Positions 17,582 through 26,526 of a stretch of 28,928 bases of DNA are shown piece after piece (positions within the stretch are counted from its first letter, which is position 1; every line of letters starts with the position of its first letter). The DNA is taken from positions 1-28,928 of the IMG/VR virus record IMGVR_UViG_3300017903_000259; one strand, 5' to 3'. Position numbers and translations under genes: made by a program. Below the pieces are notes generated by a model. The model worked only from the letters and a program-made list of their open reading frames with translations, searched no databases and was not told the DNA's origin. This stretch comes from a virus (lineage: Duplodnaviria; Caudoviricetes).

Positions 17582-19079
17582 CCTGATTATTCCCAAAGAA
17601 CTGTGCTATTTCTGGATGAAGTTCCAATATCTGTTCATTGGTATAACCTTGCTGTAACATCTCTCTCATATGATTGATCATGTCCTGTGGATTGGTCATA
17701 GGAGTGTGTGTCATTGTTGTTTGTAACTGTGGCGCTTCGTAAGGTTGCTCCATAATTGTTTCATATATTTCCTTGTCCAATGCGTCAACAATATTAGGAT
17801 CAGCAATGTTTGCCTCCTTGGCTAATTTCAGCATAGCCACGTCATTTGCTTTGTCCTGGATTGAGAATGATCTAGCATATTCAACTTCACCATTCCATAC
17901 GTTGCCTTGGTACATTGCCCAACAACGCCAAATCTGTTCTTCAGCGTGTTCATAGTTCATTGCGAAGTCTGCCAATTTAGCATTTAGCATTTGGAACTCC
18001 GTTTGTAAACCTATACCTGACAAACGTCTGCTTTCAATAGAACGTATGCCACCTAGGCAAGCCATTCTATCAATTGCTTCTACCCTCTTATCCATTGCGT
18101 TAATGAGACTGTCAATACTTGCTCCATTAGGTTGTAGCAAATAAGGTTTAAGTCCTGGATCAGCACCTTGTGGTATTTGTATAATTGATCCTGCTCCAGC
18201 CGCCGCTTCAACGCCCACTTCTTTAACAAGTGATGGATGATTAGTTAGTCTAATAATTTGCTCCATCTCACTTGAATATTCATTTAATTCTTTTTGTATG
18301 TCTGCTATGTCTCCAATGGCACTAATACCAACACCACGTATGTTTGAACGCTGTGCGTATACACATACCGCAGGCACTCTGCCTAATGCGTTTGGAATAG
18401 TTTCAACTAGGTCTGCTTCTTTTTCATCAGCATCAATTAGGTATACGTTTATTTCTTCAGGAGTGTATTCTCTAATGTACTGTTTGTTGTCAGCAATCTC
18501 TTCTTTTACTTTGAGATATGTAAGAACGTAAAGACCATTTGTAAGTCTATCATAGCTCCAATCCAATACGTTGTCAGGAGTAAACATAGAAACGTAAGGA
18601 CGTATTGACTGTTCTAGTTCATCTGCCCTTGTTCTTGTTACAACGTTTGGTTTGTCTATAACACACCATACATTACCATATACCATTGCGTAAGCACTTA
18701 GGTCTTTCATGAAACTTTCAAAGCTTCTACCATCTAGATCTGCGTCTTTGAGGAATGGTTCTAGTCCTGGATCGTTTGCTATTGATCCATACTCTCTCTT
18801 AACTTCCTTGCGGAACAAGAAACTGTTGTATATACCAACAACGCTTTTTACATGGTTGTCTAGTCCAACCATTCTCAAACGTTTTTCGTAATCGTCTCTT
18901 GATTCGTAATAGTAAGGTTCCAGGTATTTGCCTGTGTAGTAATCGTAACCTCCCTGGAAGCTGTCACCTAAAAACAACCATCTGTTTATGTAGTGTTTGT
19001 ATGCTGTATGTGATTCTACCAAATAGTCTATATTTTGTATTGAACCACCTTTAATTATCCTGTCTCTTATTGCTGGCAT
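17574..19079 (-). CDS. Portal protein
   Basis: 501 aa after terL; Y..RL, DADLDG, RPY, N.LG.VP, SGIGLQTEF motifs. Confidence 0.9.
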   Translation of the reverse strand: MPAIRDRIIKGGSIQNIDYLVESHTAYKHYINRWLFLGDSFQGGYDYYTGKYLEPYYYESRDDYEKRLRMVGLDNHVKSVVGIYNSFLFRKEVKREYGSIANDPGLEPFLKDADLDGRSFESFMKDLSAYAMVYGNVWCVIDKPNVVTRTRADELEQSIRPYVSMFTPDNVLDWSYDRLTNGLYVLTYLKVKEEIADNKQYIREYTPEEINVYLIDADEKEADLVETIPNALGRVPAVCVYAQRSNIRGVGISAIGDIADIQKELNEYSSEMEQIIRLTNHPSLVKEVGVEAAAGAGSIIQIPQGADPGLKPYLLQPNGASIDSLINAMDKRVEAIDRMACLGGIRSIESRRLSGIGLQTEFQMLNAKLADFAMNYEHAEEQIWRCWAMYQGNVWNGEVEYARSFSIQDKANDVAMLKLAKEANIADPNIVDALDKEIYETIMEQPYEAPQLQTTMTHTPMTNPQDMINHMREMLQQGYTNEQILELHPEIAQFFGNNQDG

Positions 19080-20329
19080 TAGCTATATCTCCTGTTATGT
19101 GTACTACCAGAAAATGCCCAACGCTGTGGTTCTGAAGTAGTGTGTTCTGTTCTTAATGGGAACAAGAAGTCACACAAATAACCAACGGCATCTGCCATAT
19201 GGTCTAATTCACCGTCCTTTTCAATTACGGACGTACCTGGTTTGTATACCATCTTTTCTAAACTACTTATTATGTTTCTACACTTGGGGTCAACGAACAA
19301 GGTGCGTGTTCCCTGCGTGTTCTTTAATTTTGCGTTGACAGAGTTTACCCTGTCTCTAATTGCTGTGTGACTGTTCCTGACCTTTACTGTGAATCCTGCG
19401 TTTTGTAGGATAGAAATATCTGTGCGTCCACCAGCTGATGTTTTCCTTTGTCTACCTGCTGGATCTGGATACATAATGATCCTTGAATTAGGATATCTAC
19501 GTTTAAGTTCATCACAAGCTTCATCTGTGTTTGAACCTCTGATACAAATTTCATCTATAAAGTTAACAGTGTTGCCTTCAATAACTGACACTGCTACACT
19601 CATTGGATCAACGTTGAAATCAATCCCACAGTGTATTTCTCTTGTATCCATGTTGTTACAAGGCATAATGGTTTGTTCTCTATCAAAGTTGTAATAAACT
19701 ACACCTGAATAGGTTGTAAACGTTGCCATGTATTCCTGTTCAAATGTTCTTTCATCCATGTCCCTTTTTGCCGCTTCAACTTCAGCTTCTGGAACCTGGC
19801 CACCTTCAAGTGTGGTGTATGTAAAGCTATCCCAATCATCTGTTATACCTGCCATTGAATACATTTCATGGCTCCATGAGCCAACACCTCTTGGTGTGCC
19901 TAAGAACAGTGCGTGTCCGTTTTTGTCAGATAAGGTTGGTCTAAGCACTTCAGTAAATGCTTTGGGTTCAATATCTTGAAACTCATCTAACACCAAAAAG
20001 TCCAATCCAACTCCTCTCAAACTGTCAGGAGCATCTGCTCCTTTCAAATATATTTTGCTACCATTCTTAAGACGCATATACATTTCCGCCTCATTGGTAG
20101 CATCTACCCAACGCAAGGACTTTAATCTATCCTTTAGTTGGTCCCACACAATGTTCTTTGCCATCCTATAGCTAGGTGCTACATACCAAACCAATTTATC
20201 TGGTTGGCTGGCAAAACGTGCCAATTCTCTCATTGCCACGTGTGTCTTACCAAATCTACGTCCAGTAACCGCTACACGGAATCTGGCTTCTGAATCACAT
20301 ATACTCTTTTGGGGGGTGCTTAAAGGCAT
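19079..20329 (-). CDS. terL: Terminase large subunit
   Basis: Walker A GRRFGKT, Walker B LVLDE, GTPRG coupling motif, GIDFN and DH.ADA nuclease motifs; TAATG coupling at 20329. Confidence 0.95.
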   Translation of the reverse strand: MPLSTPQKSICDSEARFRVAVTGRRFGKTHVAMRELARFASQPDKLVWYVAPSYRMAKNIVWDQLKDRLKSLRWVDATNEAEMYMRLKNGSKIYLKGADAPDSLRGVGLDFLVLDEFQDIEPKAFTEVLRPTLSDKNGHALFLGTPRGVGSWSHEMYSMAGITDDWDSFTYTTLEGGQVPEAEVEAAKRDMDERTFEQEYMATFTTYSGVVYYNFDREQTIMPCNNMDTREIHCGIDFNVDPMSVAVSVIEGNTVNFIDEICIRGSNTDEACDELKRRYPNSRIIMYPDPAGRQRKTSAGGRTDISILQNAGFTVKVRNSHTAIRDRVNSVNAKLKNTQGTRTLFVDPKCRNIISSLEKMVYKPGTSVIEKDGELDHMADAVGYLCDFLFPLRTEHTTSEPQRWAFSGSTHNRRYS

Positions 20330-20652
20330 TAGTCCTCCCAAGGTAATGGCATTTTATTTTCACTGTCCTCTGGTGTATCCTTCATACCAAGGTACTGCTT
20401 TGATAAGAAAATTTGAATCCTTGTGTCCCCGTTCATTGCCTTTTCCCACATAGCTCGCCTTAATGTTTTTTTGCCTTCTTGTTTGCCTTTGTCTAGTATA
20501 TTTCCAAATCTTTTTCTTAATGTTGCGGCAGTTGTACCTACCACTTCAGCAATCTCCTGATCTGAGCATTGGATACAAGACAGTTTGTACACAAGATCTC
20601 TATCTATGGTCTTGTATTTTCTGTTTGTATTTTTTTGCTCTGTATCTGACAT
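20329..20652 (-). CDS. terS: Terminase small subunit
   Basis: HTH (SDQEIAEVVG...TL), LRRAMWEKA..GD..IQIFLSKQYLG; directly upstream of terL. Confidence 0.8.
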   Translation of the reverse strand: MSDTEQKNTNRKYKTIDRDLVYKLSCIQCSDQEIAEVVGTTAATLRKRFGNILDKGKQEGKKTLRRAMWEKAMNGDTRIQIFLSKQYLGMKDTPEDSENKMPLPWED

Positions 20653-20984
20653 TATGCTTGTCTCTCCACGACTTTTATTCTAATGTTTCTTGAATCCTGT
20701 TTGCTGTTATCAGTTACTATCTTGTATTCAACATTGTAAATGTTACCTGCCGTACCAGCACTTAATATTGCTGTTGATAGGTAATTTGTGTTGGTTGAAC
20801 TGTCTACAGCCAAAGGACTCGCGTCCCCTGATATTGTTTCAACTGTTACTGTTATGCTGGAGATTACTTCTCCACTAGGCATCCAGTTGGTCCAATCCAG
20901 GGTATAATCTAGCACGGCATATGGATCTTTTTCAATGTAAGGTCCAACTCTGTCCTGCTTGAATCCTGTTAGTGTATGTCCCAT
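20652..20984 (-). CDS. Virion structural/adaptor protein
   Basis: KDP.AVLDY..DW..W and G.AG..Y motif family of small phage fibre-adaptor proteins. Confidence 0.65.
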   Translation of the reverse strand: MGHTLTGFKQDRVGPYIEKDPYAVLDYTLDWTNWMPSGEVISSITVTVETISGDASPLAVDSSTNTNYLSTAILSAGTAGNIYNVEYKIVTDNSKQDSRNIRIKVVERQA

Positions 20985-22267
20985 TAACTTTCTCTCCTGT
21001 CTAGTGGATTGCCTGCTACCTCAACTAAAGTTAGGTTTTGAATCTCTAGCTTTCTGCTTTCAGAAGGTATGATTCTTGACCTAGATTCAGCCTCAATAGT
21101 ATTTATGCGATCTTCTGAATCCACCGTAAATTTCCGTGGTTCCTGTGCTATAACCAGCGTTCTTTGTTCATTATCTATTGCTAATACACGGAACGGATCT
21201 ATGTTGTAAATTGTTATTGTTGAAAGCACGGCACTGAATGCTCTAAGTGTGGCTGTTCCACTAAAGGAAGCTCCACCTATAGCTGATAGTGATGTTGTGC
21301 TTGTCAATGTGCCTGTAAAGCCTCTTGTCACTGATGGTGTTGAAGATAATGTGCCTGTTGCTGTTAGATCTATTGTGCCTGAAAACTTACTTTGAGAAAC
21401 TGCTGTTAATGTTGCTGTTGATACTAGGTCAGCACTACCTACCGCTGTAAATCCACCTATTGAATCAACCTGTGATGAACTTACAAGGTTAGCTGTTCCT
21501 AGTTTTAATCTTCTTGCTGTAGCTTCTAAGTTTGATGTGCCTTGTACTGACGCTTCACCTGAACGTATTCTCAAACCTTCTGCTGTAACAGTGCCTAAAC
21601 TTGCGGCTAATACTGTGCCTGTTTGTGTTAAATCACCATCTACAGTTACAGCTGAAGAACTTGTAAGTGTTGCTTCAAACTGTTTTATTCTGTTTGGTGT
21701 TGCTGTAAGAGTACCTAAGCTGGCTACCAATGCCGCTCCGTCTACTGTAAGAGCGCCTGTGGCAGTTAATGAACTTTGTACAGCAATGTTTACGATGCCT
21801 GACTTTTTCTTTATGGCGTCAGCTGTAAGTGTGCCTGCCCATGTGTTTGGTGCCGCATCATCCCATGAAGTTCTGCCTTCCCATGTGTGATTGTCACTGT
21901 CAAATCCAACAAGGTCTGCTTCACCTTGTTTGGTTTGTACACCTGCGGCTGTTAGTGATGTGGTTGCTGTAAGGCTTGCTTCAAGGCCTGCTGTTGCTTT
22001 TGCCGTTATTGAAGCAGTCAAGGCACCAGCTATTGATACCGTTGCCCTCTTGGTTTGAGGTGCTGAACAGGTAAGTGCTGATGCGCCTACTAGGCTAGAT
22101 TCACCAGGACGAATCCTAGTACAGGTTACTGATACTGCTGTTGTGCTTGTAAGACTGGCTTCACCTAATGTTACACCACTTACATAGTCTTCTGCTACAT
22201 AGGAACCAGTAACATAATCATCTGCCGTATAGCCTGTGGCTAGATATATGTCACTAACGTAAGACAC
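20984..22267 (-). CDS. Ala/Ser/Thr-rich repetitive structural (fibre-like) protein
   Basis: Imperfect repeats of about 20 aa (GxAxLxxxxxLxA); GTG start with AAGGA RBS. Confidence 0.65.
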   Translation of the reverse strand: MSYVSDIYLATGYTADDYVTGSYVAEDYVSGVTLGEASLTSTTAVSVTCTRIRPGESSLVGASALTCSAPQTKRATVSIAGALTASITAKATAGLEASLTATTSLTAAGVQTKQGEADLVGFDSDNHTWEGRTSWDDAAPNTWAGTLTADAIKKKSGIVNIAVQSSLTATGALTVDGAALVASLGTLTATPNRIKQFEATLTSSSAVTVDGDLTQTGTVLAASLGTVTAEGLRIRSGEASVQGTSNLEATARRLKLGTANLVSSSQVDSIGGFTAVGSADLVSTATLTAVSQSKFSGTIDLTATGTLSSTPSVTRGFTGTLTSTTSLSAIGGASFSGTATLRAFSAVLSTITIYNIDPFRVLAIDNEQRTLVIAQEPRKFTVDSEDRINTIEAESRSRIIPSESRKLEIQNLTLVEVAGNPLDRRES

Positions 22268-22288
22268 AAGTAATATCCTTGTGTTCTA

Positions 22289-22741
22289 TTAAGTTAATGT
22301 GACTGTCAAATTTGATGCCTGGATTTCAAACGTATCACCTGACTCAATTGTTTTAGCTGTAGTCAGTGCGCCGTAGAATAATACGTTACCTGCTCCTGCT
22401 GAATCATTGTCTTTAGCCTGTGCTTCAGCATCAAGGATTGCTACGTGGGTGATTGTACCCCAGTTGCCATCTGTTGCTGTTGGAAACGTAATTGCTCCAC
22501 TGTTGCTGACTGATCCACCTGAAATGGTTCCAAAAGTTACTGCTTTTCTTTGGTATCCACCACCTTGGCATTCATGTGTCAGTGTGCCTGCTTCTAATAG
22601 TTCGTCCGTTGCTCCTGAACTGTCATCTGTGTTAAAGAGTCCAACGAAAACTGTAGAAGGAGACGATGTGCTTTGTGCGTTGTTCTTAAGGAAGAAGTCT
22701 AAAACTCTTTCTTCCAAATAGTTACTTGCGGCGTTGCTCAT
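22289..22741 (-). CDS. Virion structural protein (fibre/whisker-associated)
   Basis: SNYLE, GGGYQR, FPTAT..WGTITH, GNVLFYGAL..KTI..GD pattern; two DS[AS]G; own promoter motif and AGGAGG RBS. Confidence 0.7.
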   Translation of the reverse strand: MSNAASNYLEERVLDFFLKNNAQSTSSPSTVFVGLFNTDDSSGATDELLEAGTLTHECQGGGYQRKAVTFGTISGGSVSNSGAITFPTATDGNWGTITHVAILDAEAQAKDNDSAGAGNVLFYGALTTAKTIESGDTFEIQASNLTVTLT

Positions 22742-22781
22742 AGGTTAACCTCCTGATTAATTATTTTATATCGCGATACAG

Positions 22782-22788
22782 TATTTAT
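22782..22788 (-). promoter_or_regulatory. ATAAATA promoter motif
   Basis: Intergenic, upstream of the start at 22741. Confidence 0.65.
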
Positions 22789-22799
22789 GTGTATTCTCA

Positions 22800-23417
22800 T
22801 TATGTGTACTTAGATATGCGTATAAACGCTCTTCCTGACGTTGTGAAGTTGTTATCTACAGTCGCTTTGAATTCAATTGTTTTTGTGCCTGTAAGTGTGA
22901 AAACTAAATTTGTATTGAAATCTGCGGTTGCGGATTTAGGGGTAACTTCCGCAATTAAATTATCATCTGTGGCATTACGAACGTCAATTGAAGTTGTACC
23001 AGTGCCTTTGTCAATGGTTGATTCAAACTCTAACCAATATGTAGCCGCTGTTAAACTTATTTGATCATTGCTTATAGATATGAATCCAGCACCATCAAAT
23101 ATTTCTGATAATGGTATTTTCAAGACTCCAGACGCTCTGTTACCAGCACTATCTAAATTTAAGTCTGTTGCGTCTGCCTTTATTATTGCCTGTTGCCCTG
23201 CCGCGCCTATTGACCCACTTGCTACCTGTTCCCACTTGCTTGTTGAACTAGAATATTGTAGTAAGTCTCCGTCGCTTGGAGAACTAATGTTGAATTCATC
23301 AATAATATCATTTACATTATCAATGTTTTGTTTTATGTCTGCCCTAGCGTTTCTTAATAAATCATTTCCATTATCAACGTGGGTAGTACCTGCTTTTGAT
23401 CCTGATGGCCAACTCAT
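22800..23417 (-). CDS. Fibre-like virion protein
   Basis: Shared N-terminal module, PSDGDLLQY....KW fibre motif, beta-rich C-terminus, one DSAG. Confidence 0.65.
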   Translation of the reverse strand: MSWPSGSKAGTTHVDNGNDLLRNARADIKQNIDNVNDIIDEFNISSPSDGDLLQYSSSTSKWEQVASGSIGAAGQQAIIKADATDLNLDSAGNRASGVLKIPLSEIFDGAGFISISNDQISLTAATYWLEFESTIDKGTGTTSIDVRNATDDNLIAEVTPKSATADFNTNLVFTLTGTKTIEFKATVDNNFTTSGRAFIRISKYT

Positions 23418-23429
23418 ATTATATTCTCC

Positions 23430-24221
23430 TTATGCGAATTGTGGTCCGTTGCTTTCATCAATGTCAGTGTCTGCTGTTCCATTTGTTGTCCAATTGTCTG
23501 TGTATGTACCGCCATCTGAAGCGAAATCAGATGCGCCACCTACAAAGAAATGAACTGGTTGACCTAGACCACTGCTTGTTCCGTCACTGCCCATATCAAC
23601 TGCTCCACCGTTGTAAAATTTTTGTCTTACACTAGAACTTGTTAGATCATTATATCCATCATCAAGGTAGAACTGCGTAATAGGATTATCTACTTTGTTT
23701 CCACCACCTGTGCTTTCTGCTAGGATAATACCTGTTGAAAAGTTGTCCCAGTGATGGTTACCAGCATCTCCATTGTTCTTACCAGTATTGCCAGGATTTT
23801 GACTAACAGTTTTTTGACTTCCATCTACATAGGCATAATCTGTTGAGCCTTGTCTAGCATACATTATGTGATGGAAATTGCCATCTCCAAAAACACCTGT
23901 GCCTAAATCAAAAACTCTGTCAACTTGCCAACTGCTATTGAAAACACCATAACGTATTCTTTCGTTTCCGTTATCAACATTTAGGAAGATAACACTTGAG
24001 GAACCATTTTCTAATCTGAAAACAGTTTGCTCTCCTGTTGATGCTGTTGAATCCATACGCATCCAAAAAGCAAGTGTTACGGAATTTGTGGCACTTGCTT
24101 GTGCCGTATAAGAAGTATCAGTTAGGAAAAAACTAAGATTGGGATCAGTTGCGGCAAGTCCTGATGCGCCTGAGAACTTATGACCGGCGGCGGCCATTCC
24201 AAATTGAAATCCACTAATCAT
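23430..24221 (-). CDS. LamG / concanavalin A-like domain protein
   Basis: TLAFW, FHHIMY.R...AYVDG pattern of the LamG jelly-roll. Confidence 0.7.
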   Translation of the reverse strand: MISGFQFGMAAAGHKFSGASGLAATDPNLSFFLTDTSYTAQASATNSVTLAFWMRMDSTASTGEQTVFRLENGSSSVIFLNVDNGNERIRYGVFNSSWQVDRVFDLGTGVFGDGNFHHIMYARQGSTDYAYVDGSQKTVSQNPGNTGKNNGDAGNHHWDNFSTGIILAESTGGGNKVDNPITQFYLDDGYNDLTSSSVRQKFYNGGAVDMGSDGTSSGLGQPVHFFVGGASDFASDGGTYTDNWTTNGTADTDIDESNGPQFA

Positions 24222-24222
24222 A

Positions 24223-25392
24223 TTACGACTCCGCCAAGTCGCCTACCAATACCCATTCGTTTGTGGCGATCTTAATACAAGTTGCCCCACTGTATTGTGC
24301 TCTCAGTTTCAGTGTTGGTGTTCTTCTGATGTTCATGTTGCTGTCTTCTGTTACTGTGGTTTGACCAGCACCTAATTGAACGATGTCAATCTTTGTTCCG
24401 ATTGGAAACGCCACAGAACTGTTTTGTGGAATCGTCAGTGTGTTGGCTGATGCGTTATTCATTGTGATCAATTTTGAAGCATCACCTAAAACTGCGGTAT
24501 AACTTGTGCCTGTCTGACTGTTCAATGTGCTTTCAGCAACAACCTGTCCTGTGCCTTTGGCTTTAAGGTGTAGATTCACGTTTGTGTCGTCACCTGCGGC
24601 ACTTAGTATTGGACCTGCCCCAGTTGCTTCATTTTCAATGTTTATGTGATTAACTGCTGAACCATCTTCAGTAAATGTCAATAATTCTCTTGTGCCGTCA
24701 CCAATTGCCTGTCCATTAACATCAAGTTGACCACCAAGTTGTGGTGTTGTGTCATCTACCACATTTGAAAATGTGATATCACTTGTCAAAGCAAATGTGC
24801 CTGTGCCACCTGGAATTGTGTGGGTGTTTACTGTGCCAAGGCTGGTAATGTTGTTTGACTGTGCGTCTAGATTACCACCTAGTTGTGGTGTTGTGTCTTC
24901 AACTACATTTGAAATACCTAGTTGTGATGTTAGGGCAAATGTGCCTGTGCCACCTGGTATTGTATGTCCGTTGACAGTTCCTAAATTTGTAATGTTGTTT
25001 GATTGTGCGTCAAGATCACCACCAAGTTGTGGTGTGGTGTCTTCAACCACATTGCTGATGCCACCACTTGCTGAGGCTTCTAAACTAATTGTGCCTGCTG
25101 AATGGTTGTATGTTAAAACATAATCATCTTGGCCAGAACCAACAGTTTGGTCTGCGTCAAATGTAAAATTGCCTAGTAGAACATTTCCTGTTCCATTTGG
25201 CTCAATGTCAATGTTGCCATCACTAACAGAAACAATTTTGTTTCCGTTTACATCTAGTGATCCGCCTAGTTGTGGAGTTGTATCAGCTGATACATTCTCT
25301 AGTTTGTCTGTGTTGAGATTGGAGAAGTTGTTGTCCATCTCTGTAAAAGTCAACGCAGACCCTTTGGTATTCCTTAAGGTAATTGTGGACAT
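24223..25392 (-). CDS. Tail fibre-like protein with DTTPQLGG repeats
   Basis: KGSALTFTEMDNNF N-terminal anchor, four DTTPQLGGxLD units, C-terminal fibre domain ending WVLVGDL. Confidence 0.8.
   Translation of the reverse strand: MSTITLRNTKGSALTFTEMDNNFSNLNTDKLENVSADTTPQLGGSLDVNGNKIVSVSDGNIDIEPNGTGNVLLGNFTFDADQTVGSGQDDYVLTYNHSAGTISLEASASGGISNVVEDTTPQLGGDLDAQSNNITNLGTVNGHTIPGGTGTFALTSQLGISNVVEDTTPQLGGNLDAQSNNITSLGTVNTHTIPGGTGTFALTSDITFSNVVDDTTPQLGGQLDVNGQAIGDGTRELLTFTEDGSAVNHINIENEATGAGPILSAAGDDTNVNLHLKAKGTGQVVAESTLNSQTGTSYTAVLGDASKLITMNNASANTLTIPQNSSVAFPIGTKIDIVQLGAGQTTVTEDSNMNIRRTPTLKLRAQYSGATCIKIATNEWVLVGDLAES
24721..25059 (-). repeat. 144-bp (48-aa) tandem repeat, two full copies plus one partial
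   Basis: ISNVVEDTTPQLGGxLDAQSNNITxLGTVNxHTIPGGTGTFALTS twice; GCAAATGTGCCTGTGCCACCTGG at 24791 and 24935. Confidence 0.9.
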
Positions 25393-25426
25393 ATATGTCT
25401 CCTTTGTATTATTGATCGATCAACTG

Positions 25427-25433
25427 TATTTAG
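25427..25433 (-). promoter_or_regulatory. CTAAATA promoter motif
   Basis: Upstream of the fibre gene start at 25392; overlaps the preceding stop codon. Confidence 0.55.
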
Positions 25434-25873
25434 TCGGTCTTATAATATCCGGCTTCTTTAGAACGAATTCTGGCTAATTTTAGCAATCTTAGGTTCTGAA
25501 CTATAACAAGATCGCATTTGGCATAGCCGGTATACACACCTCTTATGGGTCCTCGTTTGCGATGATCATTTATTAGTATTTCAATGTTGTCATTTGTTTC
25601 AACATTTAATAGTTCATCACAGACCTTGCGTATGCTACCAATAGGTGGTTTGTTTGGAAATGCCAATACCACTGCCGCAAGATTTAGAGGCCCTAGCAGT
25701 TCAACGGCGTTTGCTATAGGTTCCTTTAGGCCTTGTTTTACTTCCTTGATGTGTATCTTGTCTTGGTATTTTACTATCCATGGGCAGATAGGATGACCGT
25801 TGAATTCCTTCCTAGGAACACTTAAGGTATTAAACATCCAATGCCAAATATGTTTTTCTAATCGTGTCTTCAT
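25430..25873 (-). CDS. Hypothetical protein
   Basis: W...LS.P...F.G.PICPW motif; coupled ORF; no confident function. Confidence 0.6.
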   Translation of the reverse strand: MKTRLEKHIWHWMFNTLSVPRKEFNGHPICPWIVKYQDKIHIKEVKQGLKEPIANAVELLGPLNLAAVVLAFPNKPPIGSIRKVCDELLNVETNDNIEILINDHRKRGPIRGVYTGYAKCDLVIVQNLRLLKLARIRSKEAGYYKTD

Positions 25874-26378
25874 TTTCTAACCTAAAAAATTGATCCTCTC
25901 GTTTGTTGCTTACGAATATCACTTGTGCTTCACTGTGTGTTTTGCACACTTGGATATAACTTGCTCGGTGTAGTTTGTGTGTCTTGGCTTGGACCAATTG
26001 ACTGTGTCGCCATGCGTAACGATATCTGGTCATGTGATCTATACCTAACACACCATCGCCACCAATTACGATGTGAGTGTGGGTAGGATATGTTAGAATG
26101 CTTTGCTCTAGTGCAAAACTACCGGCATCCAATCCTGGTATCCTACAACCTTGCCAATGCTTGGGATATGTTCTAGCCCTTGCTCTAACTCTTATGTTTA
26201 TTTTAGGTTCGTTTTGTAACACTGAATCTATTGTTTGTTGATCTACTATACACAAATGATCTAGATCAAAATCCTTATAGGCAAAATTACAGCCCCATAC
26301 CGGACCTGGTAGTGTTGTGCCTTGCCAATTCGCACTGCTAGGTCCGTTTAGTATAATCCATGAGTATGTCTGTTTCAA
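25830..26378 (-). CDS. Putative glycosyltransferase-like protein (GT42 sialyltransferase/Maf-like N-terminal motif)
   Basis: IILNGPS...LP..VWGCNFAY...HLCIVD and a later IVIGGDG resemble IIAGNGPS...VFRCNQFY and the later G-x-D motif of Cst-II/Maf-type folds; TTG start. Confidence 0.5.
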   Translation of the reverse strand: MKQTYSWIILNGPSSANWQGTTLPGPVWGCNFAYKDFDLDHLCIVDQQTIDSVLQNEPKINIRVRARARTYPKHWQGCRIPGLDAGSFALEQSILTYPTHTHIVIGGDGVLGIDHMTRYRYAWRHSQLVQAKTHKLHRASYIQVCKTHSEAQVIFVSNKREDQFFRLENEDTIRKTYLALDV

Positions 26379-26526
26379 GTTCGTCTACCCTTTTTTCTAA
26401 CAGTGCCACCCTTTTCATCTGCTGTTCGTAGTGGGCACTCAGTTTGTTATGTGCTTCGGTTAACTGTTCAACCAATGTAGTCAATTTCATTAGATGTTCA
26501 TACGGATCCCATTCACTCATCCGCAT
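26338..26526 (-). CDS. Small coiled-coil hypothetical protein
   Basis: Heptad pattern; overlaps both neighbours. Confidence 0.55.
   Translation of the reverse strand: MRMSEWDPYEHLMKLTTLVEQLTEAHNKLSAHYEQQMKRVALLEKRVDELETDILMDYTKRT

Noticed and set aside
24721-25059. Diversity-generating retroelement template/variable repeat
   Set aside because: The repeats are tandem and in-frame, differences are not adenine-specific, and no reverse transcriptase is in the window.
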